From Nannocystis bainbridge (GTDB taxonomy: Bacteria; Myxococcota_A; Polyangia; Nannocystales; Nannocystaceae), in contig NZ_JAQNDL010000001.1 of assembly GCF_028368995.1 (NCBI RefSeq), positions 2,560,001 through 2,624,000 on the forward strand: a stretch of 64,000 bases of DNA, read 5' to 3'. Made by a program: the position numbers and the translations under genes. This document shows positions 1-10,865 of the stretch, piece after piece; position 1 is the stretch's first letter; the number at the start of each line of letters is the position of its first letter. The notes under the pieces are model-generated. The model worked only from the letters and a program-made list of their open reading frames with translations, searched no databases and was not told where the DNA came from.

Positions 1-1537
<1,537 letters not shown>

Positions 1538-1646
1538 GGCGACCCGATCCGTACTCCAGATGGGCCCGCAGGGTCAAACGGCGGCCCGCGGCGGCATTGT
1601 GGCGGGAAATTTGCCCCGCCCGCGCGGGCCGTGTTTCCCTCGCCCC

Positions 1647-2273
1647 GTGAGCCCCGGATCTCCGCGCTGGACCGCCGTTCGGGCCTTCCTCGGTCGGCAC
1701 GCCTACGTCGCCCTGGCGGCCGGCGCGCTGCTCGTGCTCACCCGCACCGTCGACTTCGCCCCGCCGCCGCTCGTCCGCCCCGACCCGTCCGCGCACGGTG
1801 GCGCCGGCGGGCCGGTCGAGGTCCAGGAGTTCTCGCCCGAGCTGCGCAACCCCCGGGTCATGCAGCTGCGCCTGGTCCTGCGCCGCTACGACGACCCCAA
1901 GCTGCCGGTCAAGGCCGACGACCACGCCCTCGACGACCGCGGCGACGTGCTGTCCTCGCCGCTCGTCACCGCCGTGGTCGGCACCGAGGCCGCTGTCGAC
2001 CAGAAGGTCGGCCTCGAGGGCGGCGACCTGCAGGTCCGCCTCGGCCTGCGCGCGACCCCGCGGCTGGGCCCCGGCGGCGCGACCACGCTCGAGCACACGC
2101 TCGAGGTCCACAGCGAGCGCGCCGGCTGGCGCGGCCACCCCGAGCGCCCGGTGTTCGTCGCCGGCGGCGTGGCCTCCGAGCTCGAGAACCGCAGCCAGCG
2201 CTGGGTGTTCGCCGTCGACGACCACCTGTTCAGCCTCGACCTCGAAGCCGTGCGCCCCGGCGGCCCGGTCTGA
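1647..2273 (+). CDS. Hypothetical protein with N-terminal membrane anchor
   Basis: 3' part of ORF 1410..2273 with typical GC3-rich codons and the hydrophobic stretch AYVALAAGALLVL. The GTG 1647 start is uncertain. Confidence 0.65.
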   Translation: MSPGSPRWTAVRAFLGRHAYVALAAGALLVLTRTVDFAPPPLVRPDPSAHGGAGGPVEVQEFSPELRNPRVMQLRLVLRRYDDPKLPVKADDHALDDRGDVLSSPLVTAVVGTEAAVDQKVGLEGGDLQVRLGLRATPRLGPGGATTLEHTLEVHSERAGWRGHPERPVFVAGGVASELENRSQRWVFAVDDHLFSLDLEAVRPGGPV

Positions 2274-2360
2274 GCGCGGGGCCGACGCACGGCGCCGGGG
2301 CGTAAGAGCCCCCCTGGACTCGCCGTCCGCGGCTCACGAGCGCCGCACGCGGCCGTTCTC

Positions 2361-2454
2361 TTGCATGGTCGAAGCGACATGCGCTTTCCAACATGCCCTC
2401 GGAGACATGCCCTCTCGGACATGCTCTTCGGGACATTCCCGCGAGGACATGTCC
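2361..2454. repeat. 14-bp-period CATG-core array, 7 units
   Basis: Cores at 2364, 2378, 2392, 2406, 2420, 2434 (CATT) and 2448, between convergent genes. Confidence 0.9.
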
Positions 2455-2455
2455 G

Positions 2456-3028
2456 TCAGCGCCGGTACGGGTCGGCGACGCGGGCCAGCAGGGTCGCCTC
2501 GAAGGTGCGCAGCGCGAGCATCGTCCGCCGCAGCTCGGCGAACACGTGCGCCAGGTCGGGGCCGTCCGGGTACAGCACCTCTTCCCACAGGTCGTCGCTG
2601 CGGTCGAACACCCCGCGGCGGAACAGCGCCGCGTAGAAGGGGGCCGGCCCGAGCCCGAGCCCGAGCAGGACCAGGCGATCGCGCTCGTCGAGCCGGCGGA
2701 ACAGCAGCAGCCACTCCCACAGCGCGCGCCGGGCCTCGCCGATCGCGCGGTCGTAGGCGTCGCAGCGGGCCCGCCGACCCCACGGCGTCTCCGGGGCCAG
2801 CGGGTTGTCCCAGTCGGCCAGCGGGGTCGCCAGCGCGTGCCGCACGACGCGCGCCTGGCGGGCCAGCTCGCCGAGCCCGCGGCTCAGGTGGGCCGTGCTC
2901 GGATCGTCGTCGCCGTCGCTGAGGGCCAGCAGCTCGCGCAGCCGGGCGTCCCGCTCGCGCTCCCGCGACCACCAGCGCGCCGCTGCCGCGGCCGTGACCC
3001 CTGCGCCGACGGTGATCGCCCAGCTCAT
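2456..3028 (-). CDS. Hypothetical protein with N-terminal membrane segment
   Basis: MSWAITVGAGVTAAAAARWW..., the ordered C-terminal 190 aa of ORF 2456..3277. Confidence 0.7.
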   Translation of the reverse strand: MSWAITVGAGVTAAAAARWWSRERERDARLRELLALSDGDDDPSTAHLSRGLGELARQARVVRHALATPLADWDNPLAPETPWGRRARCDAYDRAIGEARRALWEWLLLFRRLDERDRLVLLGLGLGPAPFYAALFRRGVFDRSDDLWEEVLYPDGPDLAHVFAELRRTMLALRTFEATLLARVADPYRR

Positions 3029-3239
3029 GCCTTTTAAAAGATGATCGACGCCGGGCGCGAACTCAAGGGCGCCGGGGGGCGCACATTCGCCCGCGACATG
3101 TTCTTTAGGACATGTACGAACATTGCCCGCCCGCCGCGCGACGCCGACGCGGTCGCGCCCTCGCGGCGCTCGCCCGCGCTGCAGCGCAGAGCTCGCCCCG
3201 GCGGCCGCGCGTCCGGCCGGTTCGGTCCCGATCGATCCC

Positions 3240-3920
3240 GCTGCGCGACTCCCGTCTCGCTGGCTCACCCGCATCACCTCCGCCTCGCCTCGTCTCGCGC
3301 CGGTTGCTCGGTCGCCTGGTCTCCTCGTTCTCCGTCGTGTCCGTCTCGCGTCGGTTGACCCGTCGCTCGTCGCCTCCTCGCTCCTCGCATCCGCCTCGCG
3401 TAGACGCTCCGTCGTCGCGCCTCCTCGCCCTTCGTCGCGTCCGTTTCACGTCGTTGCCCCGTCGCCTCGTCTCTCCTTCGTCGCCCCGTCCTTCCGTCGC
3501 GTCCGTTTCGCGTCCTTGCCCCTTCGTCTCGCCCCGTCCGTCCGTCGCGTCCGTTTCACGTGGGTCGCTCTGTCGCCACGCCTCGTCGCCTCGTCGCCTC
3601 GTTCGTCGCCCCGTCCTTCCGTCGCGTCCGTTCACGTGGGTCGCTCTGTCGCCGCGCCTCACCGCCCCGTCTTTCCTTCGCCTCGTCTCGCTCGGCAGCG
3701 TCACCTCGTTCGCGTCCTTCGGCTCCGACACTTCCGCTTCGCCCCGTCGCATCGCTCTCTGCTTCGACGCGACCGTTGCCTCTCTTCCCGCCGCATCTCG
3801 TTCTGCTCCGTCGCTCCGCGTCACTTCCCCCTGCTCTGCCGTCGCCTTCGCTCGTCGCTCGTCCCTTCGCTCCCCTCCACCGCGGCCCGCCTGGCCGCTT
3901 CACGCCTGTTCCGTCTCACC
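3240..3920. repeat. A-depleted low-complexity tract with imperfect repeats
   Basis: The + strand is built almost entirely of CGTC/CTC/CCG words. CGTCGCGTCCGTT(T)C(A/G)CGT recurs at about 3433, 3495, 3543 and 3620. Confidence 0.75.
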
Positions 3921-4294
3921 GTGAGGCTGCACAGGCGCGGGATCCGGGTGACCCGCGAGGCCCCAGGGCTCGGGGCCCGACCTCCCCGCCTTTCGCGTCA
4001 GCCTCCACGATCAGGCATATGCTGTTGCAACGACCTCGGTTCACGCAGCGGTCAAGCCCTCCCCGATCCGCTCTCGCCGACCTCGCAAGGCCCGCCGCCC
4101 TGCCTCCTGGCTGTTCTCGTGGCGCTCTCACGAGGGTTTTCACTGACGCGCGCCGACGCGGTCGAAACCATTGCGTCACGCGATCACGTGACCGGACGGT
4201 CGACCGGACAGCGAGGCCGAAAGACGTCTCGTGTTGGCTCCACCGTCATCGCAGGCGCAAAGCTCGCGACGCTGCTACCGTGGGCAATAGCTGG

Positions 4295-5506
4295 ATGACT
4301 GCGAGCCACGACGTCCGTCCCTTCCTCGACCTCCACGGAGCCGAATACTCGCGTGACCCGCACGGGGCGATCCGGGCCGCGCGCGAGCAGAGCTGGTGCG
4401 CGGACACGGTGATGGGTCCGGCGATCCTGCGCTACCGCGAGGTCCAGGCCGCGCTGGCCCAGCGCTCGCTGCGGACCCCCGGACCTGACTTTTTGGCCAT
4501 GCAGGGCATCCACGACGGCCCGCTGGTCGAGATCATGTCGGGCTTCTTGCTCAACACCGACGGCCCCGTGCACGATCGGCTGCGCCGGCTCATCAGTCGC
4601 TCGTTCACCGTGCGCCGGGTCGAGGCCGTGCGCCCGCAGATCGTCGCCATCGCCGGCGAGCTCGCCGACGCTCTGGTCGCCAAGGATCGCTGCGACCTCG
4701 TGGCCGAGTTCGCCGACCCGTTCGCGCGCCGCGTGCTGTGTGCGTTCGTCGGCATCCCCGCCGACGCCCAGGCCCGCGTGCGCCGCTGGACCGCCGACCT
4801 CGGGCTGATGTTCGGCCTCAGCGTCGCCAAGCACCGGGCCCAGATCGAGGCCTCGATGATCGAGCTGCGCGGGTTCATCGACGGGCTGATCGCGCTGCGC
4901 CGGCGCGACCCGGTCGACGACCTGCTCAGCGAACTGGTCGCGGCCGAGGCCAACGGCGACATGCTGACCGACACCGAGCTGCGGGCGATGATCGTCACCT
5001 TCATGTCGGCCGGCAGCGACACGGTGCTGAACCAGCTCGGCCACGCCTTCGCGGCCTTCGTCGAGCACCCGGACCAGTGGCGCCTGCTCGCCGCGGACCC
5101 GTCGCTGGCGGCCAACGCCGCCGAGGAGGTGGTCCGCTTCTCGCCGGCCGCGCTGCTCGGGGTGCCGCGCATCGCCACCGCCGACGTCGAGGTCGCCGGC
5201 CACGTGTTCCCGCGCGGCAGCTTCATCCTCCCGCTCACTGGCGCGGCCAACCGCGACCCGCGGGTCTTCACCGACCCCGACCGCTTCGACATCACCCGCC
5301 AGCGCGACGTCCACCTCACCTTCGGCGGCGGGATCCACTACTGCCTCGGCGCCGCGCTGGCCCGCACCCAATTGCAGGTCACCCTGCCGATGCTGGCCAC
5401 CCGCCTCGGCGAGCTCCACCCCGACGGCCCGATCCCCTGGCTGCCGCCCACCGAGGCCGTGTACGGCCCCCTGAGCGTGCCCGTGGCCTACCGCGCCCGC
5501 GGCTGA
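4295..5506 (+). CDS. Cytochrome P450
   Basis: I-helix AGSDT, ExxR (EEVVR), AANRDP and heme motif FGGGIHYCLG. ATG at 4295. Confidence 0.95.
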   Translation: MTASHDVRPFLDLHGAEYSRDPHGAIRAAREQSWCADTVMGPAILRYREVQAALAQRSLRTPGPDFLAMQGIHDGPLVEIMSGFLLNTDGPVHDRLRRLISRSFTVRRVEAVRPQIVAIAGELADALVAKDRCDLVAEFADPFARRVLCAFVGIPADAQARVRRWTADLGLMFGLSVAKHRAQIEASMIELRGFIDGLIALRRRDPVDDLLSELVAAEANGDMLTDTELRAMIVTFMSAGSDTVLNQLGHAFAAFVEHPDQWRLLAADPSLAANAAEEVVRFSPAALLGVPRIATADVEVAGHVFPRGSFILPLTGAANRDPRVFTDPDRFDITRQRDVHLTFGGGIHYCLGAALARTQLQVTLPMLATRLGELHPDGPIPWLPPTEAVYGPLSVPVAYRARG

Positions 5507-6087
5507 GGCCCGCGGCCGGACACGGCGCCGCCGGTGCGGAGGTTCGCCTCGGCGAGCGCCGCTCGTGCGATAAGAAAGGGCCGTTCGTGCTCGGCAACGA
5601 CGCCGCCGCTCATCCCCTCGAGCCCGAGCTCGACGTGTCCGGCGACCCGTTCGCGGCCAATCCATCGACCTGTCCCTTCAGACAGTTTATTATGCGCCCG
5701 GTCTCGCCGCCGCGGGTCCGCCCGACGCGCCGGGCTCGGCCTTTGTCCGCGCGCGATCGCCTGCTCGCCCCGCCATCCTCGCCGACGGCTCGCGCGCTCG
5801 CCGGGTCGCCCGATCTGGCGCTCCTGACGTATGTGCATAGCCGGCGGCTCGAGCCCGCCGGGTCGGCGCCACCGGCGGACTGCAGACAATCGCGGCCCGC
5901 GGCGCGGCGACCGGAGCGGGGCCGGTTTCGCCTGCGAAGGGCCGCCGGTGGGGAAATTCGGGCCGTCGGCGCCATCACGCTCGGGTCCGCTGCATTGGTG
6001 CCAGTCGTGGCTCCGGGCCATAAGCCCAGCGACCCCTCGGCGCGCCCCGGACCGGCCGGCGCGGCGCCAGGTTCAAGGAGATTCGCC

Positions 6088-6612
6088 ATGCTCGCACGTT
6101 CATGTCTGACCTTGCTGCTCTGCTGCACCTCGACCCTCGCGGCGGCGAAGGAGCCCGCGCAGGTCGCGGCCGCGCAGGGCCCTCTGCGCCCGTTGGCGGC
6201 GCGCAATGTGGAGCCCGCGAACCAGCCGGCGCCGCTGATCCCTCCTGGCCGCGAGCCCGACCTCGTCCCGCCCGACTACAAGCGCGACTGGCAGACCGAG
6301 CAGCGCTTCTTGCAGGCCGGCACGGGCGCCTCGTGGGCCCTCGCGGGCCTCGGCACGATCGGCCTGGCCGTCCCGCTGGGCATGCTCAATCGCTGCAACC
6401 AGGCCTCCGACGCCGGGGCCATGATCGACTGCAGCCAGCAGCGCCGCACCGCCGGCATCATGGCCCCGATCCTCGGCGTGCTCACCATCGCCGCGATCAT
6501 CCCCGCGGTGATGTTCACGCGCCGCCTCGTCAAGCACGACGACAAGAAGCCTGGCAAGCAGCGCCGCACCGCCTTCGGCGTCAACGCGGGCGGCCTCGCG
6601 CTGCAGTTCTGA
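6088..6612 (+). CDS. Hypothetical secreted/membrane protein
   Basis: GGAG RBS before ATG 6088, signal-like N-terminus, two hydrophobic segments and C-terminal GGLALQF. Confidence 0.75.
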   Translation: MLARSCLTLLLCCTSTLAAAKEPAQVAAAQGPLRPLAARNVEPANQPAPLIPPGREPDLVPPDYKRDWQTEQRFLQAGTGASWALAGLGTIGLAVPLGMLNRCNQASDAGAMIDCSQQRRTAGIMAPILGVLTIAAIIPAVMFTRRLVKHDDKKPGKQRRTAFGVNAGGLALQF

Positions 6613-6654
6613 GCGCGCTCGCTCGCCGGCCGGCCCCCGCGTATCCTCGCGGCC

Positions 6655-7140
6655 ATGCCCGCCCGCCTGCGCACCGCCGGTCCGTCCGACGCCGCCGACA
6701 TTCACCGCCTGATCGTCGACCTCGCCACCTACGAGCGCGAGCCGGACGCCGTGGTCGTCACCGTCGACGGGCTGCGGGACCAGCTCGCCGCCGAGCGTCC
6801 GCCCTTCGAGTGCATCCTCGCCGAGGACGACGACGAGGCGGTGGTCGGCTTCGCCCTGTTCTTCCACAACTACTCGACCTGGCGCGGCCGCCCCGGCCTC
6901 TACCTCGAGGACCTGTTCGTCGATCCCACGCGGCGCGGCCGCGGGATCGGCAAGCAGCTGCTCGTGCGCCTGGCCCAGCTCGCCGTCGAGCGCGGCTGCG
7001 CCCGCATGGACTGGGCCGTGCTCGACTGGAACGCCCCGGCGATCGCGTTCTACGAGGCGCTCGGCGCCCGCGCGGTGGCCGACTGGACCATCTTCCGCCT
7101 CACCGGACCTGCGCTCTCGGACCTGGCCCGGACGACATGA
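6655..7140 (+). CDS. GNAT N-acetyltransferase (spermidine/spermine acetyltransferase-like)
   Basis: YSTWRGRPGLYLEDLFV, acetyl-CoA motif RGRGIG and VLDWNAPAIAFY. Confidence 0.93.
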   Translation: MPARLRTAGPSDAADIHRLIVDLATYEREPDAVVVTVDGLRDQLAAERPPFECILAEDDDEAVVGFALFFHNYSTWRGRPGLYLEDLFVDPTRRGRGIGKQLLVRLAQLAVERGCARMDWAVLDWNAPAIAFYEALGARAVADWTIFRLTGPALSDLARTT

Positions 7141-7239
7141 CCTTTCGGTCATTGTGATGACCACCGCTCCGCGCGGACGAATCACCGCACGCCGGATTCA
7201 TGCCCCGTCGCTACCGGCCGGCGCCGGATCAGCGCGCGG

Positions 7240-7569
7240 TCACAGGCGCGACAGCTGATTGACGCGAGCCACCAGCGACGAGCTGCCCATCACCACCAGG
7301 CGGCCCGCGGAGGCCAGCGCCTCGGCGCTGCTCGGATCGCCGGTGACGAGGCTCTTGAAGTCGGCGCTGTCGATCGCCAGCTCGCACTGGGCGCCCGGCC
7401 AATAGCCGGCCCACACGCCCGTCTTGGCCCGGGTGACCTCGACCCACCATTCGCCCCCGCCGGGTCCGGAGATGCGGAATTGATAGGTCCCGCCGATCTC
7501 GGCCGCGCCCGCCGGATTACGGCGGAGGGCCGCCGGCAGGTCCTCGTTGAAAAAGCGCTGGACGTTCAT
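7240..7569 (-). CDS. SCP2 sterol/lipid-binding domain protein
   Basis: About 109 aa with the SCP2-like pattern TYQFRISGPGGGEWWV...DFKSLVTG...AGRLVVMG. Confidence 0.7.
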   Translation of the reverse strand: MNVQRFFNEDLPAALRRNPAGAAEIGGTYQFRISGPGGGEWWVEVTRAKTGVWAGYWPGAQCELAIDSADFKSLVTGDPSSAEALASAGRLVVMGSSSLVARVNQLSRL

Positions 7570-7845
7570 CCGCGGGTGCCCGAGGCCACGCTGCCACGCT
7601 GTTCTGCTGGAGTCAACGCTCGCGCACCGCCGCAAGAATCGCAGGAGTTCCCCTCGTGACGCGCCTTATTTGGCCATCTCAGTGAGTCCGCGCTCGGCCG
7701 GCGCACCAATGGTGGGATCCATGCCCACTGCGACATAACACGCGGTCGTGCGCGTGCTGCGATTCACGGCTTCGCTGCGCGCTGCGAGGCCCGCGCTCAC
7801 GCGAATGGTCGTTCGCGTCGGCGCGGGCCGCGACCTGCCGGTCCG

Positions 7846-10185
7846 TCAGTAGCGCGCCTTGGACAGCTGCACGAGCGTCTCGCGCAGCGTCTCGCGGGTG
7901 TGGCGTTCGCGCCTGAACCCGCCGTCGTGGCTGCCGAGCAAGATCTCGAGCGCCCGGCGGGCGACCTGCTCTTCTTGCGGGACGAGCGGGTTGTCGGCGC
8001 GGCGGTCGTCGGCGAGGAGCTCGAGCATGCGCTGGATCCCGCGGGCCACCACGCCCTTTTGCTGGCGGTAGTAGTCGTCGCGCAGGCGGTAGAAGTAGTC
8101 GGCGAAGATCTCGGCGTAGGCCGGCTCCTCGTCGGGGTGGCTGAGCGCCCAGGCGCCGATCCGCGACAGCAGGTCGGTGCGGAAGTGCGGGCCCGCCTTG
8201 GGGTCCATCGTCTTCTCGAGGCCCTGCATGAACTTCTCGTCGGGGTCGCGCAGGTTGCCGGTGACGGGGTCGAACATCTTCTCGCGCTTGACCGCGTGCT
8301 TGACGTGGACCACGTATTTCTTGAACACCTCGAGGTAGCGGGCCTCGTCGACCAGGCCCATCGCCTCGCGGACCTCCCAGTCGGACGCGCTGAGCCAGTA
8401 GTTCCAGGCCGCCGCGGTGATGCTGCCCTCGCCGTCGAGCAGGTGGAACCCGCTCGCCGCCTTGGGCAGCAGCATCCAGCGGTGGTTGAGCGCGTCGGCC
8501 ATGAACTTGCGCAGCTCCTTGAACAGCCGCGGCACGGTCACGCAGGTGGTGCCCGGCTCGCTGGCGGCCGCCAGCAGCACGCGCTTGAGGTCGCGGACCG
8601 AGGCGCCGAAGCTGCCCTCGTAATCGCCGAGCAGGTGCTCGGCCCCCTCGGCGCGCACGACCGCCTGGGGGAACCGCTCGAGGTGCATCTGCGGGACCGC
8701 CAGCAGCAGCTCGCGGGCCTCGTCGCTGGTCAGGCCGGCGGGCACGCGGCCGTAGGCGTAGAGGTCGGCCTTGTCGAGCGGTCCGAGGCGCGACAGCACC
8801 GCCTGCAGCTTGGGCGAGTAGTCGGCCGGGTTGGGCGGGCGCAGCCGCGTCATCACGCCCCACAGCGCGAGGATCCGCGGCACGTGCGGGGCGATGTGGA
8901 TGCCCCGCAGCACGTCGCCGACCTGCTCCTGGTAGACCTTGCGCTCGACCCGGTAGTCGAGCAGGTACGGCACCGGGATCAGCTCGAGGCGCCCGCGCAG
9001 GCTCTGGTACTCGCCCGATCGCAGGGCGCGGAACTCGAGCAGGTTGAGGTCGTTGGCCGAGCCGGCGAACACCACGTCGAGCGCCAGCACCACGTGCTCG
9101 AGCGCGACCTGGCCCGACTCGGTGGCCGTCAGCAGGTACTTGTAATGCTCGTACGGCCGCTTCAGCAGGTCGCTGAAGTTGATGAGCCCGCGGTTGGCGT
9201 CGACCAGGTCGCCCTGGCAGGCGAACAGCACCTGGCCGCCGATGGCCGGCGGCAAGCTGGCGTAGGCGCGGTCGCCGGTGACGGGGAAGCTGCGCGCGTC
9301 GGCGGTCTGCTTGGGCTCGACGGTGACGAGCCCGCTGCGGTACTGCCGGCTGAGGAACAGCCGCTCGACCTGCACGTGCTGGTACACCTTGCGCAGGTCG
9401 CCCTGGTAGATGTTGAGCAGGGCGTCGAAGATCCGGCGGTTGCGCTGCGACAGGTCGCCGCGCAGCGCCGCCTCGCTGATGACGAAGTGCTCGAGCCCGC
9501 TGTTCTTCGGGTCACGGGCCTGCGCCCCCCGCAGCTGCGACTGCAGCAGCGCCGCCCGCTCGGGCACCGGGATCAGGTAGAGCGGCGGGTCCTTGTTCTC
9601 GTCGCTCAGCTTGGCGTCGATCGCCTCGGCCCCGAGCTTGGCGAACGTCGCCTCGCCGATCGAATCGCTCCACGACCCGCTGCCGAAGCCGATGCCGCCG
9701 CTCTTCGAGCTCTTGCTCGGGAACACCCACGAGAAGCGATAGAGCGCCCCGCCGTCGGTCTCGGAGTAGGCCTCGAGCCCGCGCATCGCCGCGTCGAGGA
9801 AGGTCGTCTTGGCCGAGCCGTTGGGCCCGTGCAGCAGCAACAGCTTGTTGACGCGGCCGATCCGGACGAAGCCGTCGAGGGCCTCGTAAAAGGCGTTCTG
9901 GGCCGGCTCCTGGCCGACCAGGCGGCCGGTGCCGCCGTCGAACTCGCAGTCGAACAGCTTGAACCGCGCGACCTTGCCGCTGGGGATCCGGACATCGCGG
10001 CGGCCGTAGAACTCGAAGCAGTCGCGCAGGTACTGCGCGGCGTTGCGGGCGTGGACGTGCGGCTGATCGCACAGCAGCTCGAACCACTCCTCGAAGCTGA
10101 GCACCCGACGGGTGCTCTCGAACTCCTGGGCGACCGCGGCCGCCAGCGCCTCGATCCTCGTCTTGGCGCTCACTGGCTCGTCCAT
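7846..10185 (-). CDS. prkA: PrkA/YeaG-family AAA ATPase / serine kinase
   Basis: Walker A LLLHGPNGSAKT, GDLVDANRGLINFSDLLKRP and PYLLDY motifs. Start at MDEPVS (GGAGG RBS upstream). Confidence 0.85.
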   Translation of the reverse strand: MDEPVSAKTRIEALAAAVAQEFESTRRVLSFEEWFELLCDQPHVHARNAAQYLRDCFEFYGRRDVRIPSGKVARFKLFDCEFDGGTGRLVGQEPAQNAFYEALDGFVRIGRVNKLLLLHGPNGSAKTTFLDAAMRGLEAYSETDGGALYRFSWVFPSKSSKSGGIGFGSGSWSDSIGEATFAKLGAEAIDAKLSDENKDPPLYLIPVPERAALLQSQLRGAQARDPKNSGLEHFVISEAALRGDLSQRNRRIFDALLNIYQGDLRKVYQHVQVERLFLSRQYRSGLVTVEPKQTADARSFPVTGDRAYASLPPAIGGQVLFACQGDLVDANRGLINFSDLLKRPYEHYKYLLTATESGQVALEHVVLALDVVFAGSANDLNLLEFRALRSGEYQSLRGRLELIPVPYLLDYRVERKVYQEQVGDVLRGIHIAPHVPRILALWGVMTRLRPPNPADYSPKLQAVLSRLGPLDKADLYAYGRVPAGLTSDEARELLLAVPQMHLERFPQAVVRAEGAEHLLGDYEGSFGASVRDLKRVLLAAASEPGTTCVTVPRLFKELRKFMADALNHRWMLLPKAASGFHLLDGEGSITAAAWNYWLSASDWEVREAMGLVDEARYLEVFKKYVVHVKHAVKREKMFDPVTGNLRDPDEKFMQGLEKTMDPKAGPHFRTDLLSRIGAWALSHPDEEPAYAEIFADYFYRLRDDYYRQQKGVVARGIQRMLELLADDRRADNPLVPQEEQVARRALEILLGSHDGGFRRERHTRETLRETLVQLSKARY

Positions 10186-10315
10186 CGCTGCCTCCGTTCG
10201 CGTCACTTCGCGGTGACGAGAAGCTCCATGGTAATCGAGCTCGCCGCGCTCGGCAAAAAGCCAGGCGGCCCGGGGCGCGAGGCCGACCTCGCGAACGTTG
10301 TTCGCGAGGCCCGCG

Positions 10316-10855
10316 CTACTTCACGGCGACCTTGAAGTCGACCTTCTGCGTGACCGGCGAGCAGGCCTCGTCCTGGCACACGGCGAACTTGAACTCGCCC
10401 GTGAACGCCTTGTCCCCGGCGGAAGTCGGGGTGAACTTCACGGCGAATTCCGCGCTCTTCTCGTCGAGCTTGGCGGCGTCGGCCTTGGCCAGCTCGGGCT
10501 TGGGCAGCGTGACGCCGTCGGGCGCCGACAGCGCGAGCTTGGTCGGGAAGTCGAGGTTGATGTGCCAGGGGCCCTGCGGCACGGCCGCGACGGTGATCAC
10601 GCCCTCGCGGCCGACGGCGGCGTCGGCCGGCGGGGTGATGCGGAGGGCGAAGCGGTCGTCGCCGGGACCGTCGACGAGCTTGACCTTGTCGCCAGGCGGG
10701 GTGGCATCGGCGGTGTCGGCCGGCTTCGGGGCCTCGGCGACCGGCTTGGTCTCCGGGCTCTTGGCTTCAGGGGTCGCCGGCTTCTTCTGGTCGCCTCCGC
10801 AGGCGGCAGCGAGACCGAGCACCAGCAGCGCGTAACGCGGCGAACGAATGGTCAT
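10316..10855 (-). CDS. Lipoprotein with beta-sandwich domain
   Basis: Lipobox LAAAC, Pro/Ala/Lys linker, and WHINLDFP...FAVCQDEAC resembling DsbD-N-like folds. Confidence 0.75.
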   Translation of the reverse strand: MTIRSPRYALLVLGLAAACGGDQKKPATPEAKSPETKPVAEAPKPADTADATPPGDKVKLVDGPGDDRFALRITPPADAAVGREGVITVAAVPQGPWHINLDFPTKLALSAPDGVTLPKPELAKADAAKLDEKSAEFAVKFTPTSAGDKAFTGEFKFAVCQDEACSPVTQKVDFKVAVK

Positions 10856-10865
10856 GGCGCGCGAA

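Noticed and set aside
3105-4298. Overlapping R/S/P-rich ORFs and a 245-aa N-terminal extension of the P450
   Set aside because: Products of the low-complexity tract. The P450 fold begins at ATG 4295.
4295-7569. P450 plus SCP2 as a sterol-modification cluster
   Set aside because: The genes are not adjacent or co-oriented and no sterol biosynthesis genes are in the window.
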